64,000 nt of DNA from Setoptus koraiensis (lineage: Eukaryota; Animalia; Arthropoda). Below, in pieces: positions 13,590-25,800 of the stretch. The notes beneath the pieces were generated by a model. The model was given only the letters and a program-made list of their open reading frames with translations. It was not told the origin of the DNA and did not search any database. Where the stretch lies: the NCBI GenBank assembly GCA_048013815.1, contig CM106585.1:6076001-6140000 (forward strand). Reading direction: 5' to 3'. Position 1 is the stretch's first letter, and the number at the start of each line of letters is the position of its first letter. A program made the translations under genes and the position numbers.

Positions 13590-16500
13590 CAAAAAGGAGA
13601 GTGAGAATGACAAACATAAAGTTGTGTCCGTGTGTTCGCGTCGTTGCACTACTTTTCTACCTGGCGAAAGAGCCGGTGAACGCCGCGACGTGCTGAAAGA
13701 ACGTCGTCGTCACCAGCCAGGTATTCGTCGTTGGTCGCTAATGAATAGAGAGCGGGCATATTATCAAAATTCATGAATGTGCCACTACTACTACTACTAC
13801 ATGATTGTGCATCACGACACAACGGCCAGTAGCGCATATGAGACGATAGGACGGGATATAAAAAGCATTGGAGACACGCCAGAACAATAACAGCAACAAC
13901 GTATACATATAAACGCGTATCGCGCAGCATATTATACACGCTTGCAATGGCACAGTGAGTGGGGCGCACGCTGGCCCGGCACAAAAGAAGAAAAAGAAGC
14001 CAAATTATGACCAAATTATGGCCATTAATTCTTTCTTTTCGCCATTGTGTGTGTATGGCGCGCTCGGTTTCATTGGCCCATGGGCTCCTCACCGTTCAAC
14101 AGCGATAGCACCTATCGATTTCTTTTGTGTCCGTTTCTCACTTATCTTCACTTTTCTATTGCCGTATCGTCGTCTGCTCGGTCTTGTTCGGCTGCTCGGG
14201 CGATTGTTGTGCGCTGTGGTTGCCGTTGGCAGCGTTGTCATCGAGTTGTCGCCCTTCTTCTTGTGCTGCTGCCACTGCTTCCACTGCTAACTAGTGGCCC
14301 ATTAATGGGCCAATGAGGAAAACACCAGCGATAAAAGAAGAAGAAGAAGAAGTCAGCGTTCGTTTCGCTACCTTGTTGTTGTTGTTATTGTTGTCGCGCT
14401 GGCGTCGCAATTGTCCAATGGCTGACCAATATGTGTGTTGGCACGTTGTTAGAACGTGCTCCTCGGCACTACACAACGAGCAGCTCATTGTGTCGCTCAT
14501 GAGAGAGTGCGCGCCGAATGTGTCACGGCGCTGTCGTCAGCGTGGCCGTTTAATAGCTGCCGTAGATCGATTTCATTCGATTCGAAGCATGTTATTGGAT
14601 GCATATATCCATATAAAAGAATTGCTCTTGTTATTCACTTCACACCGTCACCGGGCCGCCGTTGGCCGACGCACACACACACACACGGTAGCATATGCGC
14701 TTCCTCCGCAAGCTGCTCGTCGGCTCGAACTGGCTCTCCGCTCGGTGTGAGGACATGATCGTCAATCAGCGGGCACAGATGTCTTGTTCGGGCCGCTTCT
14801 GTCTCTTTGTTCGCGCCACAGTTGATCTAAGCGATCAATCCGGTGTCGTTATCAATATAAACAATGTTGTGCTTACATGCGACCCCGACAACAACAACAC
14901 CAACAACGGCAACACCAACAACAGCACCGGCGACAACTGTCATTTGCAGCCAGTCTGTGTGCAGTGTTGGGCACGCACACAACTCGGCTGCCAACAAAGA
15001 ACTGTCAACGGCGAGCGAGGAATTCGCACTGGGCATTGTCCGTCGCTTGTGTCCATCGCCTGTGTCCATTGAGTGGCCACTCTCGAGTGGGCAGGCATAA
15101 CGCGTTGTGATTGTCGCGTTGGGTCTCAACACCAATCACAACGTTGAGGGGGTGTACGGGCCAGTGTGCTGCCGCTGTCGACGGTTCGCCATCGATCAGG
15201 TGAGAAGTGTGTCGGCGGGCGAGATTGGCCAACAATTGAGCAGCCCAAATGGCCCGAGTGGCCGAAATGGCCGAATAATCACAACGATCACAACGATCGG
15301 AACGATCACAATGATGACAATCGGCAGATATGAGCGAGACCCATTTGCATACATTGGACGGGCGTTGATATGGCTCGTTAGCGCGCCCAATCAGTGTAAT
15401 TAGGCCCGCAGCAACCCGTCAGCGGGCACCTTTGCGCGCGTCGTACGTGACACTTTGTTTGTCCGGCGTGTGTTTGCACGCGCACACACACATTACTCAC
15501 CACCACTAATACTAATTCTCCGCCACTCCTCTCCTATCCACTTATGATTTATTGCGCCCCAATCATCACCCATGATAACCCCGATGATCGCCCAACAACC
15601 GACTGCCAACAACCGACCGCCAACAACCGACTACCAAAACAAACCAACGCGAACCAACGCGAACCAACGCGAACCAACGCGAACCAACGCGAACCGGATT
15701 GCGCGGACTGTCAACAGATTATGAAGGTTCAGGCGCAACGCTGCGGCCAGTATTTATCGTGCCGCGAGTGCAGTCAGTCGCAAAATCCCTTTTGTGGCTG
15801 GTGCTCGCTGGAGAGAAGGTAAGCAACGGCAAATGACGTATTAACTTGTTGATGCGCTTAAGGCGCTCCGTCATTTGGATTAGCCGGCCACCACAGGATT
15901 AGCCGGTTGGCATTGTGGCCTCTGGCCGGTCTTGTTTACAAGTGGCTGCCAGGCCGTTTATCCCTGCGACACTTATCTCGGCTCTGAGTGGCTCAATTGT
16001 TGACACTCTCGTGTCATTGTTACCTCATCCTGTTATTGTTATCTCATCTCTCTCTCTCGTTACTGTTATCTCACCTCATTTAAATACAAACAAATTATTT
16101 GAATAACACTCCAAATTGGTGCCAATTGCTAATTTAGGTGCACAACGCGCGACGAGTGCAGCAACGCCACCTACGGCCAACACCAACCATGGTCGTCGTC
16201 CAGGTTGCTCAATGGAAATGCAAATGGCATCATGACGGCCAATGCGGCCTCTAATTCGCGATGGCTATCAATGGAGACACAAAAATGCTTCGAATTCCTG
16301 TCCATCAACCCTGATAAGATTTACATACAAAACAGTCAGATTAGCAAGGTAAGCAGCAGCAGCAGCGGCAACCGCAACATCGGTAGCATTGGCGGCCAGC
16401 GGCGCCCCCTGTCCTCTCTCATCAAGTTTGTGATTGGCAAGCGTGTACTAGCTGGTTTTGCCTACACTGGCCGTATTGTAACCTGTCCGCCATAGTGGCG

Positions 16501-17627
16501 ATGCTGGCCAGCATGGTGGTATCAATGAGAGTGGACCCCAGTTTGCCGCTCGCGCCATTGACAATGAGCGCATATGAGCGCATATGAGCGTATATCGGCG
16601 CACATGAGCGCATATTTATTGCGCGAGCAGACATTCTTGCATATCATTATAGCACTATTATTATCATCTATCTATTATGATAAACACCAGCGAGTTGCTC
16701 GCATCCATCTCTCAAGAGCAACAACTCGAATTTAAACTCCGCTTTGCCCAAACTAATCTCATCATTTCCATATTGTTAATCTACTGTGTGCGCTTAAATT
16801 GTCGACCCACTGGGCTGCCCGACGACGACGACGACCTTGCAGATCGATCTGCAAATCAATCAACTGCCCCGATTGCCGGCCACGCACTCTTACAAGTGTC
16901 TCTTTGGCGGAAAAATAGAAACGCAAGCAATACAAAGCTCCGCCGGCCTGTCATGTGCCATACCGAAGATATCGCAACGCGGCGAAATCCGACCGGGCAA
17001 AGGTAAGCAGCAGCAGCAGCCAATGTCTCTTTACTAAATTTACTATAGAGTGTTTAGTGTTTTTGTGAGGCGGCAGCATCAGCAGCACCCAATCTTTATG
17101 ATGGATGGCCAATTCACCTGATGATTTACCCGACGATCGGCTCTCACTGGGCACCAGCAGCAGCAGCGGCCGAATGTGCAGCTAATAAAATCAGATTTGA
17201 GACTCACCCTGACCTGAGCGCTCTCTTCAGTCTATCGCTCTAATCCCGGTTTCTCGTCTGACCGTCGGCGAGACTCGCCTGCGCTCGCAATTGCACTTGT
17301 GCAACTCATGATCGATTTAGCTGGCGCTGTTGCCGCTCTCGCAGCTCAATACAGTCTTAATTAACTCATGTGATATGTCATAATAATGATTGATCTGCTC
17401 ATTCTTTTTGCCAATAATACACACACACACACACACATAATTCCATTAAATGTTAATAATTATTTAGATCACATAGTTGTGGATTTGGCCATCAAGTCGA
17501 GCGAGACAAACACGGAATTTCTGCATGGCAGAATAACATTCTTTGATTGTCGCCAGCACACAACGTAAGTAGCGCCATCTGGTTATGTGCTCCGCGTACG
17601 AGCGGGCCGGACTTGCGCGTCCACGGC

Positions 17628-17671
<44 letters not shown>

Positions 17672-20600
17672 AAGCCATTATTCACCCAAATAATACAATA
17701 TATAATTAATATCCATTATCTATTATTGGCGTGTCTCCCATATACACTCATACACACCACATACACACCACATATACGCATGTACAGGTGCAAGGATTGT
17801 GTCAACGCGCAATGGAACTGCAATTGGTGCCTCAACGAAAATGTCTGCATGTACAATACGTCTAAATGTGAAAAGTCCGGCCTTGCACGCCAAGAGCCAC
17901 TCCCGATTGCGTCATTGGGTGCCGGCCGAAGCAGCTCTCTACAGCAGACAACAATGGCCCCCAAACAACAGCAGCAGCAGATGACCATCAATGGTGTCAA
18001 TTATTGTCCGACATTTGTTAATCAGCGCGACAACGAGATACTAATACCCGATGGCGTAGAGCGTGAAGTCATGCTCGACGTGAAGAACGTTCCCACATTA
18101 AAGGTAAGTTGAGGCTGGTGTGACATTTTCTTTCTGCTTTGCGCGCGCTCGCGTCCGATCCATCATTGTTGGTCTGGCCGATCATTGTTGGTCTGGCGGG
18201 ACGCGGATCTCATGGTCGCGCGGCAAATATCGCATCTGATCGCAAATGGATATGGCATGAGTGTGTGTTGTGTTTGCTTCCAGTGCGCAAAGAGTTTCCA
18301 GGGGCCACTTTCCGCTCGGTGATTGCGAACAACAACTGATTAACTTTTGCTTTTGCATTTGAATCGCAATCGGCAACACGGGTATTATGGGCCAACGTGA
18401 CACACACACGTAATCGGTGTTATAAATATATATTATTATGTAACCGTACAAACGCTTTAAATACATTTGTGAGAGCGTGTCGAGCGGACAATTTAAAATT
18501 TACATCACTTCACTTCACTTATCTACTTATGCCGGATAACTGTGTGTGTGTGTGTGTGTGTGTGCGACCGCGATCGCCATGTAACGGATAACACGCAATT
18601 AGATTTGTGCGTGAGTGTTGCTGGCAAACAATACTGCCAAATACAACTGTCAGTTGTGTTTGTTACAAACTGTTGTCGGCAACACAACCGACTACTACTT
18701 ATAATAACGATCGATAGATACCCATCGATCATGTGGGCGCCCGAAGCAACTGCCAGCAGCCGCCAACGACTCTCGACTTGACGCTCGCTGTGTGCCGGGC
18801 CGGGCCGGGCCCCAATTGTGCAGCCAGCGAGCCGCCAGTGTTGCCAATTTTGCCCTCTGCTGCCCATTTGCTGCTTTGCAATAAGTGCATCTTTGTGTTT
18901 GAGTGTGTGTGTCTCCCCGAGCACCAGCGACTGCTGCATGTTTCAACAACAACAACAGCAACAACAGCAGCGACAACAACAAACAACGCTAACGCCATCG
19001 ATCATTTGGGTGCTGATTTGCTTGTTTTGTTGCGTTCAATTGAACTATTTGCGTCATCAACTGCCATCAACAACTAGCGCCAACAACAACAACGACAACA
19101 ACACTGAATCAAATGAGCTGTTTCTGTGTCACTTCATTGCAAAGCCAAAGTCGCTTGGCTAGTGGCTAGTGCGCCATGGGCGACGCTCACATGCCCATGG
19201 TCACCTAGTGTGTGTGTGTGTTGTTGTTGTAATTCTTCATTTCGATTCTAATTATCGGAAACGAGCCACAGCCAGCATAATTATAGCCGGCCGGCGTGCG
19301 CAACGCAACAGTGATCGATCGAGCAATCGCTTAACCGCCATTTCCTGCCCCGCTATCCGTTTCTGGCCTCTCGGACGCGCGTATTTGTAACAGCAAGCTG
19401 ATTGTGTGTGTGTGTGTGTGTGGCCAAACAAGTTTGTTGCGTAACTGGCAAGCTGATTCAGAGGGGCTGCGTTCGGATAGTTTGAACAGGCTGCGTCGAA
19501 TGGGCCGCGTTCGAATGGGCCGCGTTCGAATGGAGGGATGTGTGTGTGTGTGTGTGTGTGTGTGAAGAAGCAACAATGATAATTGATCGGGCGCGTGTTG
19601 CGTGATCAGCACGCGCAAGCAATAATCAATCTTGTTGTATCAAGAGCCACAGTGCAGCAACTAGCGCCACTAGCGGTCACTATAGCGACACGATGGCCCA
19701 AGTTGTTTTCACACAGCGCATTCTCACCAAGACGATGTGAGGTTGCATGATTGCGCAACGCGGATGGTGCGCCAATCGCACGAAAGATCTCGCCCAATTC
19801 AACGAGATCTCTCAGACAGATCTTGTTGTGTGTGTGTGATTGTCGTGTGATAACAAATGCACACACACACACACACACCAATTGTAAATGGGAGAAACGT
19901 CCGATTTCTTCCTGTTGGGTCCTGCCTGTTTGTTCTTTGTGTGTCTGTTTTTTCGCAACAACAGCACCAACAACAACAACGACGCCAACAACAACAGCAA
20001 CAACAACAACAAATCTCACGAATGTTGCTCCGCTGAGAATATTCCTGAGAGATATTCATGAGAGAGATGCAATATGCAAGCAACGCAATCAAGGCACCCA
20101 AAGCGGCGAGAGAATCTGGCCAACGACGACTATTCGCGCACCATTTATCGCGCTATTCATGATTGTGTCGTGAGCAATTTTTTCTCGTAATTTACAATTT
20201 GCAAGTTACTAGCACCACTTAACGTTGTTAACATTGGCGCTGACCATTGCCGCCGACAACAACGCCAACAAGGCCCAACACGGAGCCTTGTTCATAAACT
20301 CTAATTATGATTAGATGCGTGACCATCTAATATGATTAAGGGCGCCCTCTTGCCACTATTGCCACCATTGGCAGCCAATGGTGGCAGCGCCGTTGCAGGT
20401 GAGTAGCCGCGCGACAGGTGAACTTGGCATTTGAATTTGTTGTTGTTGTTGTTGGAAATGTTGAATTTTCAGCAACAACAAGCAACCAGTTGAAAATTGA
20501 ACTTTTAGCGCTGCCCGATGATGTAATTGATTCGACTGTCCGCTGTCCGGTGGCGCCATGATTCCACTCCGACTCACATGATCCCCGCACACACACACGC

Positions 20601-22133
20601 ACACACACACACCAGGTACGGGGTGAGCATGATCATTTTATAGGCGCGTTAGAGGTGTCAAATTGGCAAAGTAGGTACCTGCTTTGCGAATTGCAAATAC
20701 AGGTTGCCGCGCAACAGTCTCGTCTGTAGTTGCTGCCGATCGATTTAATATCGAGCGGGGACGATTTCAATATCCACTTGAAAGAAATTGGATGATGCCG
20801 GCCGAAAGAGCCGGCGAAACAACCGACACAACAACCGAAGAAACAACCGACACAACAACAAAAATCGGCCGCCACCGACTCGTTTGTGGCGTTGTCGTCG
20901 TTGTTAATGTTGTCTCTCTGTCTCTCTCACCGTCATCGTCTAGTGTCGTCTTGTCGCCCATTGGCTGTTGTGTTGTTGCGCCGCCGCCGCCGCACACACA
21001 AATCGAAGCGCCCATTGCATCATCACTTTCAGTGTCACTATATCTCTAGCTATGAATATCGAGTGCGTTCTCTTCGAGTGTGCGCAAGTTGTCAGCCGAA
21101 AAGAATTGCACTGTGTGCAAACGACTACGCCCAAACTAGTTTCGGTTGTGCTTGTCGTTGTTGTTGTCGTCGTTGCGCATTATAGATAGCAATCGTCACC
21201 ACGACTGCGACGGCCACTACCGGTCGGCGCAATCTGTGTGTGTGTGTCACGATGCTCGCCAAGAAGCCGGCAACAGGCTGCCGATGCACACGCCATAACT
21301 ATATAAACACGAGGGCGACGCAGAGATTTACCTGTTGTTGTTGTTGTTGCTGTTGATAGTTGGGCGATTTCGTTGTTGATGATGGCGGTTGCAATTGAGT
21401 GTGTGTGTTGAGATATGGCCACTGGCGCGCATTGCAGCATTGGGCGAGTGAGTGGCAGCGTCTTATCATCAAGTAATGACCTTCATCATCATTGTCGGCC
21501 GGAGCCACAAGCGAGCGCAATCTAGTAATGATGATGATCAAGGTAATCATTAGCTGCTTGTGTATAAACATACATGTGGCTCGTTATTGTTGCTGTTGTT
21601 GGCGTTTGTGCTTGGCTGAACAGACTCGGCCGGACCGGGCCGCGCCGCGCCGGACCACACCGCACCGGCCACCCAGAGCACAAAGAGCCAGAGAGAACAT
21701 GGCCGGCCGGCCAGCAATGGGCCGCTCAGGGTGCTGGCGTCGCCGTGTCCGAATCTCACGCTGCTCACGCCGCTCGGGCTGGCGCGCTGACAGCCGCCGC
21801 TGCGTCTTGACCGGTGCACCGCCACGCCAAAACGCCAGAACCCGGCCAGCGTATCGACAGCGCGCCCGACTGAATTTGGCTCGTAATTTGACATGAGCTG
21901 CTGCTGGCGCCGCTCCGTTGTGCGCGCTGTCCGGTCGCTCGCCCGTTGCACCTACCTTGTTGTTGTTGGTGCCGTCGACGCTGTCGCTGATGCCGGCCCG
22001 GCCAGCGGCAACAGCGACATGACTATCGCTGTTTGCAGCATTATTATCGTGGCTATTAGTATTATTATTACTAGTATTATTATGGTCATTGTTATTATAA
22101 TAGGTGGGCCGCGCGCTCATTATCCCGCGTCCC

Positions 22134-22170
<37 letters not shown>

Positions 22171-22801
22171 TGCTGGCGTCGCAACCACAACCACAAACTG
22201 CGGATAATAGGCTCATTTTAATATTGGCCAGTCGGTCGCTTTCATTAAGCTCCCTTTGGTGCGCTCAACACAATATGGCCAAACAGCTCACTGACCACTC
22301 AAGCAATTGACCACACAGCCAATTGACCACTCAAATGACTGGCCGGCCGGCCAAACAAACAAACCTAAGACAGCCACAGCAACAAGTGCAATTGGCATTT
22401 TGCGGCTCCAGTGACGCGCTACAAAACACCAAATGCCACCACTGTGCCACTGCTATCTGATCGGAGGCGCTCGTTTATTGTTGTAATTTGTTTTTATGTT
22501 TTGTTTGATTTAATTTGATTGTTGTTGTTGTTGTTGTTGTTGAATTGTTTCTAGGTTGGCGGCTGTGTCGGCTCACGGCCAACCTAGAATGTCCGTTCAC
22601 GGCGGCCACTAGCGGCGACATTCTTCAATGCATAGCGCTGCTTTGTTGTAAAACATTGGTCGATATTATTAGCGGTGGACATGATCACCAACATACACTA
22701 CACAAACACGATGTGCGTGTGGTTGTAGTTTAAACGGTCATAAACATTTTAACGGCACGTTATTTTACGCGTTCCTCTGGCCATTTGAGCGCCATTGCCT
22801 T

Positions 22802-22843
<42 letters not shown>

Positions 22844-25800
22844 CACCGGACAATTGTTGGTTTTAGCCATGTAAGCGCTGTGAGGTTGTTGTTCAACGTG
22901 TTGCACACAAACAACCGGCCTCATTTGATCTCATCCTCTCGCATATCGGCTCCGATACCGGAGATGCTCGGCTCGGCTCACATAATCGTCCGAAAGCAGC
23001 CCGGCTCATATATCCCTCAGAAGAAGGCTCGGCCATCAGCGATCAGCTGCTTTCGGACGGATATATGGGTATCTCTGGCTGTCACTGTTGTTCAAAAGAT
23101 AAATGGGCAGCGCAAGTACGACACCTCGACGGGCCCGAGAGCGATATGTTAGCAGGCCCAGCTTGCGGCCCAACAAGTTGTGTCTGGCGTCGTGTTGGGC
23201 ACCACCGTGCGTGCCTATAGACTCCGCTGCCAAAGTGAGTCCTGCAGCATTATAGAGAGCGTGTGATTATGTTAATTATTCATTTCTGTGGCGCGCATAC
23301 TCAGTCAATATAATTTGAATTATTTCCACTCAACTATAATAGTTGTCTGCAAATATATCTCGCTCTCTAGTAATAGCCAAGTTGTAGCGGGGCTCGACAG
23401 CTGACGCTTGCAAGCATCATCATCATTGGTTTGCCTCTCTAATAAACCAAACACAACTTATCACTTTTGACACTCTCTCTATATATGTTGCTGTCTGTTT
23501 AGACAACGGTCAGACAATAACAAGAGGGCGAGAGAGAGAGCGCGAAGAATAACGAGAATTCTCGAGAATTTCCTCTGTTTGTTGCTGTGAATGCGCGCTG
23601 TGTAAATCATGGTGTTTGCTGGCGTGGCTTTGCGCCCCGGTGGTCGTGCCCGTGGTTGCCGCCGGTTGTTGTGCGCCGGCCGGCATGGTTGTTGTGCATA
23701 TTGTTATAGTTGTAATTAGTTATTTCTGGTCTCTTGTTGTGCCCATCACCTGGCCAGCCTTGCAAGAGGCAGCGACGTGGCCCAGCAGCACCCAAGAGTG
23801 CCAACAACAAGCAACAACCACGACGGGCAACAACTGCGCCGGCCAGCCACCAGCACCAACAACAACGGCACAACCATTCGTGACTGGCCGCCCTCTCTCT
23901 CTCTCTCTCTCTCGTGGCTGCAACAGCAACAACAACAGCAACACAAACAAAAAATATGTTTCCATAAACAGCACATATAGGCTGTGCTGTTGGCGAGGGT
24001 GCTGCCGCCGCCGTCGCTGTTGTTGTTGTTGGCAGTGCTCGCGTTATAGGCGCCACTCGGACACGCTTCGAATGACTGCTCACCTGAGCTCGTGACTCAT
24101 AAGACGGCCACGGCATGTGAACAGCGACTAGGTTGTGCAGTCGTTGCTGTCGTTGCTGATATTGCTGTCGGTGCTGTTGTTGCTGTCGGTGCTGTTGTTG
24201 CTGCGGTCAGGCTGGCCAACGGCAACATGCACACAGTGGAAACAGGAGAAACAAGTCGGCCAACGAGAACAACTTGTGCCGCTCTGCGGACAACAAGCCA
24301 GCACGAGTGAGCCGGCCGCTGTTGGGAGCGAGCGAAGCGTTCGAATCGCAAACGGAACCAATTGTTGCTTGGTGGGCGGTCACTGCAATTTGGTTTGGCT
24401 TGGTCGTTGTTCTCTTTGTTCTCTTGCTGTGGGTGCTGTTGGCTGCTGTTGCTCTCGTGTTCGCTCTCACTTGTGTGTGTGCGCCAAGCAACAAGCAGCC
24501 AATCGGACTTTCGACTTCGAATTTCAGTTCGAATTCTGATGCGAATTCTAATGCTGCGAACGCCAACTCCAAGTTGAGCCAAACGAGCCAGCAACGAACG
24601 CACACACAAAGAACGTCTCGCTAGTTTGGGTGCCAGTTACAGTTGGTGCACATTAGCACGCACGCTGTTTGGGTGCCGCGACCGGCATGCTCGTCGTGTC
24701 GGCTGCAAATTGGTGCAACAGCTTTTCGTTTCATTTCGAATTTCCAACTTGGAACTTGGAACGCAGCTCGCACAATAGACACACAACAAGAATAGACAGA
24801 ATAAGAATAGACAGACAAACTTGAAATTAGCGAGAGCTGCAAATGGCAAACTGGAAATAGTAATTATGCCAGCGGCGGCGGCGGGCCTATAAGCGCGCAA
24901 CGGGCACCACCGACCACCATGGCGATGCCACACACATTGTCACACCGCTTGTGACAGACGCGCACGGCGAGAGACAGCGAGCGACAGTGAGAGTGACAAG
25001 AGCCAAAAATGAAAATACTCACAAATGCTGCTGGCGCAATCGAATTGGCCGCAACTGAAGCGAAGCGACTCGGAACGCGCCTCACTGGACAGTTCGCTTT
25101 CGAAAGCGAACTGTCCGAGTGGGCGAATCGGACAGTTCGAGAGGCGCAAGTTTGAGACTTGGACACAGTTCGAGAGTCGACAATTGACAAGTCGCTCTCG
25201 CTCACAGCGACCAACAATCAGATCGTTGGCCAGTGACCAGTCGAACGCCACCAAACTGGCATGTCGGCGCAAACTTAAAGCGACAACAATTATTCGGCTC
25301 GCTAAGGGCGCCCCCACTCGCTTGACACGTCGTGTGCATCGTTTGCATATCTGTTGCCGTTGGCCGGATGTTTGCAGTGAGCTTCATTCTGATGAATGAA
25401 CAATGTTGTTGTGTCTATCTGGCAACAATCAATCTATCTATACGCCAAAAACACGCCAACTAATCACAATTCTAATTCATCTTGAATTAGAATGGCCATT
25501 AGATGAAGTGAATTCCAGTGAGTTGCATCATGCGCTCGCCGGACCGCTGGCTGAGCGATTTATGCACAATGGGCTGCCACTAATAGGCCCATTACACAGT
25601 GCTTATCAACTGATATCGATCTGCTACTAACAAACTTTCATTCTCATTCTCATTATCATTTTCATTCTCATTTTCGCTTTGCACCATCGCAACGTGCCAA
25701 CAACAAAACGTTCATTAACAACAGGGCACCTTCCACTGCAACATCGAAATCGAAAACGACAAGATGCAAGTGAGAGCCAGAATCGACAACGAGCGCATTA

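Noticed and set aside
18139-18339. Possible plexin exon after 18103
   Set aside because: The exon at 25725 continues the expected sequence in phase, so no exon is needed here.
22987-23067. Hammerhead ribozyme or full H-type pseudoknot interpretation
   Set aside because: There is no CUGANGA/GAAA/NUH core in a valid arrangement, and the 6-nt loop cannot span both stacked helices.
3000-25700. Numerous 60-210 aa ORFs in plexin introns
   Set aside because: They are produced by CA/GT, CAA/TTG and CAG runs that lack stop codons; they show no domain motifs or consistent splice structure.
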